64,000 bases of DNA from Ruditapes philippinarum (Eukaryota): the NCBI RefSeq assembly GCF_026571515.1, contig NW_026855141.1:62001-126000 (forward strand), given 5' to 3'. Positions 1 to 11,551 of this stretch are shown piece after piece. Position numbers and translations under genes: made by a program. Under the pieces are notes generated by a model. That model did no database searches and had not been told where the DNA came from. It saw only the letters and a list, made by a program, of their open reading frames with translations. The first letter of the stretch is position 1. Every line of letters begins with the position of its first letter.

Positions 1-2139
1 ATGTAAAAGCGAGTAGCGACCAGTGCCGACCTTGATCAGACGGTTCAGATGTGCTGATCTTGGTCTGCAGTGGTTGCCTGGGTAGAATCAGTCGTGAGTT
101 AAGGAGTAGGGGTTGTCTTGGTCCGAGCGGCGGTAGACTTCCATCATAGTATAATGAGCATAATGTCACTTTTAATTTGCCATGCATTGTTCATTGCTAA
201 AACGTATTTAAAGTTTGTCAGGCATTTTCATAATTCACAATTTTGTCAGGTAAAGTTCATATTTACTATCACATAGTCGACCGCGATAATTAAGTACCTA
301 AAATTACAAGTACCTGTCTCAATAAACTAAAAACTATTTTTCTAGACATTTGTCATTGGTTTTATTTGTAGTTTTTTGTTGTTGTTGTTTTTTTTTTGTT
401 GTTTTTTTAAACTATGGTTCTTTATTAGTACTTTTCAACTTAGAAAAATATGAAAATAGCAAAGATTTCTACAGATAATGAAAACATATTCTTTGTTGCT
501 GTTGTTGTATAAACCTGAAACAAAAGTTATACTTCAATTGTCAATATTTTTTAAACAAGACGGTAAACTTTTGTAATTTTTATTGTATTTATGTCCAAAT
601 TATAGTACAGTCTATTAATATAAAGTTCTAAATGCCTTTTGAAAAAGTGTTATTTATACATTCAATAACTTGCATTGATCATCTTCGAACATAAAAATAT
701 ATAATCATCCGATAATGCACTTTGCAACCTTGCACAAAAACAATTTTGCTTAGTGAAAACGTGTTTATTGTATGTTGATACATAATACCATTCCTATTTA
801 TAGAAACATAATATCACTAATTTAAATTATCGATGACGGATGTGTTATTTTTATTTTATGTCATGGGAATTTACTTTTTATTTTACGTCATAAAAATTTA
901 TTTAAAAACCCAGAGTTCGCTATATATGTTTTATTTATTCTACTTCCTGATTTATAGAGCACCAGCCGAAAACTTTTGTTAAAGTGACATTATGTCCATA
1001 TAAAGATATATAGCGAGTTAACAGCTGAAAGTCAAAACAAGTTTTTATTTGCCATAATTCCGTTCAATTATATTATTTTAATACATGCTTATAAATACGA
1101 TGAAAAACTCACATGGTCAATGAAATTTCAGTAAATATTCATCGGAATAATTTACTTTTAACGTTTAATAAATAAAAAGAATGGGACTGTCTTTTTCATT
1201 TAAGGCAGATTTATATTTTGTCCTGATCATTTTCCAGTTATTAACTACATTTTTGTATATTGGTCAAATACCATTATAACGGTTAATCTTTTGAAATATA
1301 TAGTCAATTCAGCTCAACTTGACAATGAAAAAATGAGCATAAATAAATGTCACTTTAACTTTCTCAACAGGTTTCTTCGTCTTTTCGAGACTTAGTCTAT
1401 AAATAATTTATGCAAGTCTTAATTCATGTTAGTTTTAATATTTTCGTGTTGACACGTGCGTTTTAATTTGGACGAAACATAATGTAATTGATATTTTATG
1501 AAGCACCTGCTCGCATCGAGAACAATAAAGACGAAACAACGATAACAATAACAACACACAAACATGGGTTCCCAGTTGGTCCCGGGCGAAACTCTTCACC
1601 CTGTACATAGGCGCTGTAAACCGTCCGAAAATGCTGCATGTATCCTGCTTATATGACTTATTTTAGCAAACAGCTAAAGTTGTAATAGTCTAATACATGT
1701 ACAACCAGAGCCTTCAACCGACGATTTAAGACATAACCCGCACCCCTCCGTCTCAACACCCCCCCCCCCCCCCCCCCAAAAAAAAAAGAAAAAACAAACC
1801 CACAGCGCAAATAATCAAACCACCACCAACTTTTTAATACTAAAGCATAAAATTGAAAGACATCGAGAAATAATCACAATTTTCAACACGTTTTGGGAAT
1901 ACACAATGTACTTTCCCAAACAAGCAAGTAATTTATGCAATTTATATCGATGTATAGATGTTTAAATGGAAACTTGTTACACTTGAACTGCACTACACAC
2001 CGTTAAGACTTTTAAAAAAAATTATTTTGGCTACAGTTATCTAATTTTCAAAATGCGAAATAGTTCAGTTACAAATAAGTGACGTTGTAAATGATCTATA
2101 AGTAAACCAGTCACAGAATATCACTTATCATCTAATCAA

Positions 2140-2150
2140 GGGGAATCCCC
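2140..2150. promoter_or_regulatory. Candidate NF-kB (Rel) site GGGGAATCCCC upstream of the UBL-RBR gene
   Basis: Near-palindromic match to the kB consensus, about 350 bp upstream of a TATATATA element (~2494-2501) and the presumed first exon. Confidence 0.45.
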
Positions 2151-2619
2151 AGTTGACTTCTATTGGACAGCTTTTGACTGTCATCACCATGACAACAAGA
2201 ACATGGCTATGATGTATGGCATGGAATGGTACTGTAGGGAAACTAACTTAAAGTTTAATGTTTCGTTACAAATGTTAGCATTAAGAATAGAAAGAATCTT
2301 ACAGTTGTAGATTTAAATTGAGTTTGTTTGAACATATGTATGTTTTGCAAATCTAATAATATACTACCCTTTTTGTAAAATGCGCATTAGAAATCCCATG
2401 CATGTATTGCATTATCTGTAACCATTGACTTCAATGAAATAATGGAAAAACCATGTGGAAAACCAATCACATGACATGTAGCCCTATGAAAGTGTATATA
2501 TACTGAACTTATTAATCAGTGCGCAGTTGATAGGTGTTTGCAGCTGTAGCTTACCGTAGGTACGTAAATAATATTTAAAATAAAAATACATAAATAATAA
2601 TTAAATAGTTATAATGTTT

Positions 2620-2620
<1 letters not shown>

Positions 2621-2655
<35 letters not shown>

Positions 2656-2664
2656 TAATAATAA
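2621..2664. repeat. (ATA)n microsatellite
   Basis: Direct reading. Confidence 0.9.
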
Positions 2665-2775
2665 TGGTGATGATGATGGTGGTGGTTGTTATGATAGTGA
2701 CTACTTAAATAAACAATTTAACATGCTGATTAGTAAAAAGAAGTGTTTTAATTTTTAATTCAGACACTGGTAAAA

Positions 2776-5700
2776 ATGCCTGGGAAGACATTTACTTTGT
2801 TTGTCGTGAGTGGCGAGAACAAAAACACTACGCTAGAAATTGACGAGGTAAATACTTTCTCATGCGTATGCTATTATTAAATAAGTACCGACAAAACCGC
2901 TCTGTATTAGTTTCGGTTTAAGCTGGATATATGCTTTTAGTTTCTGTTTTAATCTGGTTATTTGCTGTAAGTTTCGGTTAAACCTGGTTTATATGCTTTT
3001 AGTTTCGGTTTAATCTAGTTATTTGCTTTTAATTTCTGTTAAACCTGGTAAAGTGGCTCTAGTTTCGGTTTAACAAGGTTATATGCTTTTAGTTTCGGTT
3101 TAGTTTTAATCATGATTATATGCTTTTAGTTTCGATTTTTACCTGGTTATATGCTTTGAGTTTCGGTTAACCTGGTTACATCCTTTTTAGTTTCGGTTTA
3201 ACCTGGTTATTTGCTTTTAGTTTCGGTTTAACCCGGTTATACTCGGTTTAATCTACTTATTTACTTTAAGTTTCGGTTTAACCTGGTTATTTGCTTTTAG
3301 TTTCGGCTTAACCTGGTTATATGCTTTTACTTTCGGTTTAATCTGGTTATTTGCTTTTAATTTATGTTTAGTCTGGTTATATGCTTTTAGTTTCGGTTTA
3401 AACGAGGTTATATGCTTTTGTTTCGGTTTGGTTTAACCTTGTTATATGCTTTTAGTTTCGGTTTAAACAAGGTTATATGCTTTTAATTTCAGGTAAACAA
3501 GGTTATATGTTTTAGTTTCAGTTTAACAAGGTTATTTGCTTTTAGTTTCGATATTTGGCAGTTTCGGTTAAGCCAGATCATATTAGGCAGTTTCAGTTTA
3601 GCCAGATTATATTTGGCAGTTTCGGTTTAACCAGATTATATTTGGTAGTTTCGGTTTAACCAGATTATATTTGGTAGTTTCGGTCTAGCCAGATTATATT
3701 TGGCAGTTTCGGTTTAACCAGATTATATTTGGCAGTTTCGGTTTAACCAGATTATATTTGGTAGTTTCGGTTTAACCGGGTTGTTTTGCCAGTTTCGGTT
3801 TAAACGTTGTTATATGTTTGCAGTTCCGGTTTAATCCGAATATATTTAAAAGGTGGCACGATAGTTCAGTTGGTTTGACCACTGAATGTCACTCCTGAGG
3901 TCCTGCGTTCGATCCTGGGTAACACCCCTGGGATTTTTCAGAAACATTTTTAGTGTTTTATACCAACCTACAGGTATACTGCTAAGAAACTCAGGTAACC
4001 ATTGCATGTATCATTGCTATACACTGAGCATGTAAACTATTCAATAAGAGCTAGGGACTGGTTCCCGGATTTCCTTGTATCTCAAAGCTGTCTCTAGTGT
4101 CTGCTGAGGTAAGGACCCTACTAGCTGGAAATAAGTGCTTGCACTTTCGTAGGTTATCCTTGACCGCCCGGTCTAAAAAGAAAATCAAAGCAGTTCCGGT
4201 TTCATCTGGTAATAGTTTGGCAGGTTTGCGTAAATCGTGTAATATGTTGCCTTGCTTTGGTTATATTTTTTGCAGTTTCTGATTAATGTAGATTTTATAT
4301 TTTAATAGTGTTATTTAAATTCAAATATATACATGTATTTACAGTTTCAGATTGAATTTGATTACATATTTGCAAAGTTCACGTTCTTACTGGTCTCTCT
4401 TTTGTCAAAATATTGAATGCCGCAGTGCCGCTTTAAAACCTTGTTGTATTTTGGCAGCTTTGGTTAAATCAGATAATATATTGACAATTTTGACTTTATG
4501 GCAATTTAGGTTTGTTCTTGATATATATCTACAGTTTCTGTCAAACCAGCAGGTTTTGTTTAATATGGTTATAATTTGGTAATTGTTTATATTCTGACAG
4601 TTTCAATTTCACATGTATACCAAACTGCTATGTGATTTTGTCTATTATAGGATGCCACCATCAAAGAGCTTCGTAAAAAAGTTGCAGACGGCATAGATGG
4701 AGTTGGAGAAGACGATGTCCGCATTCACTATGCTGGTAAGAGGGTTTTCTCCAGTTTTGTTCAAATATATACCGTTTGCAAAAGAGAGACTATATCTGTT
4801 CAATTATGAACAGCCAAATAATTGTATGAACATTCATATTTAACAGGCAAGGATCTCCGACCTGAGGGCCCTAGCGGACAGAAACTGACATTAAAAGACT
4901 TCAACCTTCGTAATGAAGCGACACTTTTTGTAGTTATGCGTCTACCAGGAGGTTCAGACGACCCCCCGTCAGTGGTGGAGCCTAAAATGTACGGTCCGGA
5001 CGTTCAGCTTACTGACAAACCTGACATGTTTACCCTAGACGACGAAAGGGGAGGACAAAGAGCTGAAATGCCCTGTGGACATGCCATAAGTATGTTTTAT
5101 CTTATATTTTTCATTTAGATATTGAAATATATCCGTGAGATATAAGTTTGAAACTGAGTGAAATACACTCTGTGTTGTTTAATCATGCCTCCACTAAGAA
5201 AGTTGAGGCATACTGTGATGGGTGGTCTATATGTATGTCTTGTATGAACACACGCCCTGTTATCTTATCCTTGAGATAGCAAAAGCCATACTTTTATCAC
5301 TTGGTAGGGACTTAAAGCCATTTGGCCAGTAAATCCTTGTTTGATCAACAACTTGAGATATAATAAGCCCATGAATGCCTGCGGAAGGACATTGTCCATT
5401 GCCAGTGAATGATTTAAGGTTATTTGGTGAAAGGGTATGGTCATATATAGTGACACTGTTTAAAATCTTTTTTTTTCAATCAATAATTTGAGAGGGATTT
5501 ACCCAACGTTTCTTAAACTTGTAATTGCCCATGGCCTGTACATAATGAATTGATTTTGAGGCCATTAAGTCAAAATCACTGTGACATATGATGTTAAATC
5601 CTTGTCTTATAACAAACTGTCCCACAGATTCCTCAGTCATGGGTTTGTTAAACTTAGTTACCATAACTATATATATATTTAGGGAAACGGACTATATCCC

Positions 5701-7526
5701 TCCCGGACAAAGCCCTCCCGTCAAAAAATGACAAGGCGGACAAAAGCCCTCCCGTGAAAATGACAGGGCGGACAAAAGCCCTCCCGTGAAAATAACAGGG
5801 CGGACAAAAGCCCTCCCATGAAAATGACTGGGCGGACAAAAGCCCTCCCGTGAAATTAACAAGGCGGACAAAAGCCCTCCCGTAACAAAAATAAATATGT
5901 ATATTGAATACCTGTGTTTTTTTCAATGCACTCAACATATTAGAATTGTTACATATATTTCTTGTTGTTTTCAATTGGCCTAAGTACCTTTTATTCTGAA
6001 TATACCTTCTTGAAATATTTAACGAGGTAACTTTTTACACAAACAAAAACACTTTTAAAAGTAATTGACTCATTACAAGGCACATTATAAATGTCTTTAA
6101 CTTTAAGTTAGATAATTTTAACTTCTTTTCATCATTTATTACTCTTAACTTCACATAGGAGTAATCCTTCATATTTACGTGAATAAATGTGCCCTTTTAG
6201 TTTTTAGCACTTATTATTCAGATGCCTCTCATGAATGTGCTCAAGCTCATACAAACACGCTTATGCCAATGAAAAACAAAAATATTCATGATTACAATTT
6301 TAATATGTTTAGAGCGTTGAAAAGAATATATAAATTATTCAACGTGCATATATGTATTTGCTGCGGGAAGGCTTTTGTCCGCCCTATTATTTTCACGTGA
6401 GGGTTTTTGTCCGCCAAGTCATTTTTACGGGAGGGCTTTTGTCCGCCCTGTCATTTTCACGGGAGGGCTTTTGTCCGCCTTGTCATTTTCACGGGAGGGC
6501 TTTTGTCAGCCTTGTCACTTTTTGACGGGAGGGCTTTTGTCCGGGAGGGCTTTTGTCCTACACTCATATATTTATGTATGTATTGACGTTTATGAGATAT
6601 ACTAATAATGTTGTTCAGTGTAAATATGTCATAAGCTAGGTAGGGTGGATAAGTAAGGTGGCTGATTTGGTACGCTTTTGTGCGTCGCGTTTCATTACTT
6701 TGATTTTTCACCTATGTACATCCGACTTTTCATCATCGTACCTTCAACATCACCATCGTTTTGACTTTTCACCGCCGTAATTTCGTTTTTTCGTTGTTTC
6801 AAGTTATGCGTGTGACGCGATGGTCCTAAAGGACACCATGCGTATGACACACGTAAAAATTTAAATATTTGTTTTTCAGGTCCCGAATCACTGACAGCTT
6901 ACTGTAGAAGTCTGTTGTCTGCGGGAAAATATGAATTCTTATGTCCGTACAAAGCGAAACCTGGAGATCCGTACTGCGATGCAAGTTGGGAATTGTTTAC
7001 AGTAACACGATTAGCGGTTCTTACAGCAGATGAAGTGAAAGAGTTTGAGAAAAAAATGGCGGAAAATTATCTCAGAAAAGCTGTAGGTATACAGAGTTGC
7101 CCTCTTTGTAAAGGTTTTTGCGAGCGCAAAAACAAATCCGACCAAAGAGTTCGGTGCTTGGTGTGTAAAACAGAAACAGGAGGCAGGTACGAGTTTTGCT
7201 GGTTCTGTTTGAAAACATGGTTGACCGGCGAGTTCAAAGATTGTGGGAATTTCGGATGCACTGGCGAAGATCCAAGACTAAGGGTGATAAAAAACTGCAA
7301 CAAGAAGAAGGTTGTAGAAGTGCTGTGCCCAGAAATACGTGCATGCCCCTCCTGTGGTCTACTTATCGAACACAAAGAGGCGTGTAAACAAATGGTCTGT
7401 AGATGTGGCCAGAAGTTCTGCTTTATTTGCTTAGAGAAAGCTGATGAAAATGGAAGATACCAATGTGGTGTGTATAATTCCAAATGCGAGCCAGCTCCTG
7501 TACAAACCAGCATCCCCGGATGTTAA
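2776..7526 (+). CDS. Ubiquitin-like domain + atypical RBR (half-RING1/IBR/RING2) E3 ubiquitin ligase, ~348 aa, 4 coding exons
   Basis: Exons 2776-2847, 4651-4735, 4847-5089, 6880-7526, all GT-AG with matching phases, 1047 nt in total. The N-terminus MPGKTFTLFVVSGENKNTTLEIDEDATIKELRKKV...RIHYAGKDL...TLKDFNLRNEATLFVVMRLPGG has a ubiquitin-fold pattern. The C-terminus carries IBR (CPLC...CLVC...FCWFC) and RING2 (CPSCGLLIEHKEACKQMVCRCGQKFCFIC) cysteine patterns. A probable non-coding first exon ends at 2559 (AG|GTACGT). Confidence 0.88.
2905..3840 (+). repeat. 29-30 bp intronic minisatellite (core AGTTTCGGTTTAA), two unit subtypes
   Basis: Units such as TTTAGTTTCGGTTTAACCTGGTTATATGCT up to ~3550, then GGCAGTTTCGGTTTAACCAGATTATATTT. 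Decayed units continue at ~4190-4600 beyond a SINE. Confidence 0.92.
3852..4178 (+). mobile_element. tRNA-derived SINE
   Basis: A-box-like TAGTTCAGTTGG and B-box-like GTTCGATCC head; the body is shared with the copy at 58312-58582; A-rich end. Confidence 0.75.
5682..6565. mobile_element. Non-autonomous Mutator/Foldback-like element with long TIRs built from 31-bp tandem units
   Basis: The left arm repeats GGCGGACAAAAGCCCTCCCGTGAAAATGACA and the right arm is its reverse complement. A 9-bp direct repeat ATATATTTA flanks both ends (5673-5681, 6566-6574). Confidence 0.82.
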
Positions 7527-8454
7527 TTCTTTAAGACTCTCTCAAAGGACATAGATGCGCTTGTTTAACTAACATATGGATCTCATGATTATTATCATAA
7601 TGTGATACACTGATACATAGACATAAATCTTTCAATTATACATATGTTATATGTTGAAATAGTGATATTTAACGCTGAAAATACAAAAAGATACAAAAAA
7701 CAACTTTCAACTCGTATCTTTCTGCATGTAATTGCATCATACTTTCTGAGGCTATATAACATGTACCATGGAACTAGATTATATTTCGTATATAAATGCA
7801 TGTGTACATGGCTATACCTTTTTACATTTCTTAACATGAACTATACTCGTATATGTATCTGTGCTTGTTTGTTGTCGTATTTCCGTTTGCTTTCAATTTA
7901 TTTGTGACTGAAGTGTGTTATATTCAATTATATTTCTTTGTAATATACATGTATGATCAATTTAAAATTGTTCATTTCAAGCAATAGGCTAGAGTCAAAC
8001 TAGTCATGGTTATGTCAGTTGCAAATATATATTTAAAAAATAAATTTTATCAAATATTTATTCCCAATATATTTTTTCAACTAGATCTAATACACGTATT
8101 TTAATTATATATTGTAAATATTCATATATATAATTGAAGCAAATAAAAATAATAATTCATTATCATAAAATATTTGTTTATAGCATGTTACAAAGAAAGC
8201 AAGTTAACTCTCTGGCTCGTGGTGGTTGAGGGAAAAAATATCCTGACAAGTCTTCCTGGGCGGATCTAAAATTATTTTTATTCCCATCTGTAATAGTATT
8301 TTGCAATTATTGCATATTCAGAAAATAAATAATATTACCATACACATGCATTTCCCTTTTTGAATAATGTCTCATTGCGTAATTAAATTGACAGAATTAA
8401 CTTAAATCACACATCATGTGCGATGTGCAGTATATATAAAAAGTAACATTTTGG

Positions 8455-10734
8455 CTATTCCAACATGGCGGCGATATTTTTTGCGGTATTTATGCTCATT
8501 GCTCTTCGAGCCTCCTCCGTGTTAGTTCCCATATGTGGTAAAATGACGCAATTCTTCAGCGTCATTAACGGATGATCTACAGGAAGTGGTTCCGGTTCCG
8601 TGACGTCAAGACCGGCTGCACCAATCAGATTGCTGGAAAGTGCGTCATACAAGTCAGTCTGGTTCACGACAGAACCACGCGAGGTATTTATAAGAACAGC
8701 ACTCTGTTTCATTTTCTCGAATGCGCTTTTATTGAATATTCCAATCGTTTGTGAAGTAACAGCACAGCATATGCACAAAATATCTGACTCTCGTAAGAGT
8801 TCGTCGAAAGGAACTCTTTCCGCGACCCCAGAAGCGTAAGTGGCTTCCATGACGTCAGTGTATATGATCCGAGATACTCCGAATGGTTTCATTCGTCTGG
8901 CAATTCCGAATCCAACACGGCCAAATCCGAAAATTCCGAGTGTTTTCCCCAAGGATACAGTACCTAGACACCACAATGGTTTCCATGGACCCGACTCTCC
9001 AGATTTGATGGCAAATAAACCTGAATAAATACAAACATTTATTAGAGTCAATGAAAGATTTTAAGTACATGTAATTCAGTACCGAAAATTCACTTTAATC
9101 TAATGTTCCGTAACAACCTGAATCAATTTCAAAGTCTCTTCGCTAAGCATTTCCTTTGCCTTGTCTATGATAGCAAGGCGATGGATTTATTGCAATCAAC
9201 CATTTATACAAAGCCATATGTCAGCTTTCATTCTTTAATTTGCAGCAACCCGTCTATATTATAAATATAAACATTACGATCGTCCAGTGAAAAACGACGT
9301 AACAAACGTGCAGTATTATAAGTTGGTTATATGAGGAATACAAGACTACTGTAGTCATTCAATTGAGCAAATTAACAAAGATCTGTTATTGTTTAATCCG
9401 ACAAATTTTTCTTTTCATTCTCTAAAAACGTTAAGAAAAGTAATTCTTGTCTAATACATTAAGATAAAAGATAAATGGACATTTATATTCATATAATACT
9501 CCATTATCAAGTCAGACACTCTTGTTCCTAACATTTACCTACATACCTTCTGCTAATCGCCGTGTTGTCATTAGCAACAAAGCAACACTCAGTTCGGCAG
9601 CGCTGTCGGAGGCGACATCCGGGGTTGTCGCAACAAACACCTGACGACGTTTGCACTCCAAAACATCGACGTGGTCATTGCCTACCGACATGGTTCCGAC
9701 AACTTTTAGACTCGTCCCTGTAAGATATGAATAAGGACAATGTTTATAAATTTTTAGTAAAGATAAACAGTTCTGAGTTAATAAGTGAACAAAGTGAAGT
9801 GTTCTCTCACATTCTTCAAGTAGATTAGTGCATATCATGATACCATTCAATGTTTTTTTCTCACTTATTTAGGAAGAGGCCCTAAGAATTGGACTCAGGG
9901 ACGAGTTATAGCTAATTAAATTACTAATCTGGGAAGTAAAATAATGCATGATTTTAAAATTTCCATAATTGTGAAGAGGTCTATACAGGTCTCTGGTATA
10001 TATGGTGAAATATCACTGCCATTTAGTCGTTTTATTTTCAAAATGAAACAGCAAGTACATGTATTTTTATTGTGTTTGCTAACCGGATGTTGCTAGAGGT
10101 ATATGTTTTATTTCCGGCACGAGCGGATATCCAAGTAAAACCATCGATCTTTTGCAAATTATCTGCGTAAAGATTCTCCTAATATAGAATACAGACCCTT
10201 CACTCTCGGTATTTGAACCCAGCCCAGTCAAGCTCGTGCACATGACCTTATCCATCCAACTGCAGATTCAAACTCCGCATATCCGATTCATAATTGAAAT
10301 TTGTACCACTTGAAACAATATTATTTAATTTAGAAAAAGAATATTAAATTATTGTAAATGTATGTTTTAAACTACAAGCGATTTATACACATCCGTGCAT
10401 TAAACACGGATGTATAAATAACAATATGTATAAATAACAATAACAAGCTATTTAGTGTACCGGAAAGATTACTATACATAAATAACATATACATGTAACT
10501 ATTAAATAAATTAGAAATTATGCAAAATATTGTACCTGCAGCATTCAATACCTCTTCGTTAATTTTGTCATTGATTGTACAAAACAAGCCGTTAACGCCT
10601 TTAACGCGTTCAAGTAACGTCTCACGCGGCACTACGTCATCACTATCCCAAACGTCAACGTCACATGTTTCTTTTAATATATCAATTCCTTCTTGAGGAA
10701 CCCTGCGAGTCACAAACACTTTAGGTTTCGCCAT
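8455..10734 (-). CDS. GRHPR: Glyoxylate/hydroxypyruvate reductase-like D-2-hydroxyacid dehydrogenase, paralog 1, ~311 aa
   Basis: Exons 10734-10536, 9717-9547, 9020-8455 (936 nt, GT-AG, phase 1/1). Motifs KVFVTRRVP, TMSVGNDH, GFGRVG, INTSRG, GLDVTEPEP, ILPHMGT. Confidence 0.93.
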
Positions 10735-11225
10735 TTCCTTATGTTCATATGAGAAACTTTCCTGCACAGAAGACTAGACACGCTGACATAAAATCAATAT
10801 CAATTCCAGCAAGGACAACAAATGTCAAGGTGAACAACTATTTCCGATTGATTGAATGAATAATAAAATTAAAATAGTTTTAAATAGAAGGAACATGAAG
10901 ATTATCACGCGCTGTGCTTATGTTATGTGCACACAAGTTTTCTTCCTTAATGTGTTCTTTTTTTAAATTATCGATCGAAGGAGGCTCGCGACAGGATTTA
11001 TAACAGAAATTAAAGGGAATGAACTAATACACTGCTTAAATATGCACTATAATGAAGTACTCTCCCTTTGATAAGAAAGTCTCGCGGACATGGTGACGTT
11101 CAGCGTCTTTTCGGAGAATCGTAACAAAACAATAATCCTTGATATTGAAATTGTATGTGTCATAGGGTGTGAACAATGCAGGTTCATTAATAAACAAATG
11201 AAGACGGAAAATTTATGAACTTTAA

Positions 11226-11551
11226 AGCAGCACGCCTCCAGATTTCATGAAAATTTGAAAATGTATTTAACAGTATGATATTGTGAACTAACGAAAAGAA
11301 TGCAATTTACACATTATCAATGGCACTTATTTCCCATACTATGAAGGTCAAAATTTGCAGAAATAGCCTTTACTGCGTTAGTAACGCGGTAGAAATAGAG
11401 TTATAAATACTGAAAAATCGGTCAATAATCGCACATAAGATGTAAATTATTACTAGGATTTTGAATTGTTATACTTATCCTTAAATCTTAGTACATTTGT
11501 CTCAGGTTTGATTTTATCGAAATAGTTTTGCTCATCTGGAGGCGTGAAGCT
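11226..11551. mobile_element. TTAA-flanked MITE (Kolobok/piggyBac-type target site)
   Basis: TTAA|AGCAGCACGCCTCCAGAT ... ATCTGGAGGCGTGAAGCT|TTAA terminal inverted repeats. Confidence 0.75.

Noticed and set aside
5654-6711. ORFs of 73-106 aa in the ligase intron
   Set aside because: They arise from the tandem units of the Mutator-like element's TIRs; no transposase motifs.
2776-7526. Calling the UBL-RBR gene parkin (tempting with PARK7 nearby)
   Set aside because: There is no RING0, RING1 is degenerate and the protein is much shorter; only the architecture is similar.
8572-9028. Plus-strand ORFs overlapping GRHPR exons (also 14813-15103, 28540-28980) and the minus-strand ORF 7067-7513
   Set aside because: Antisense shadows of real coding exons.
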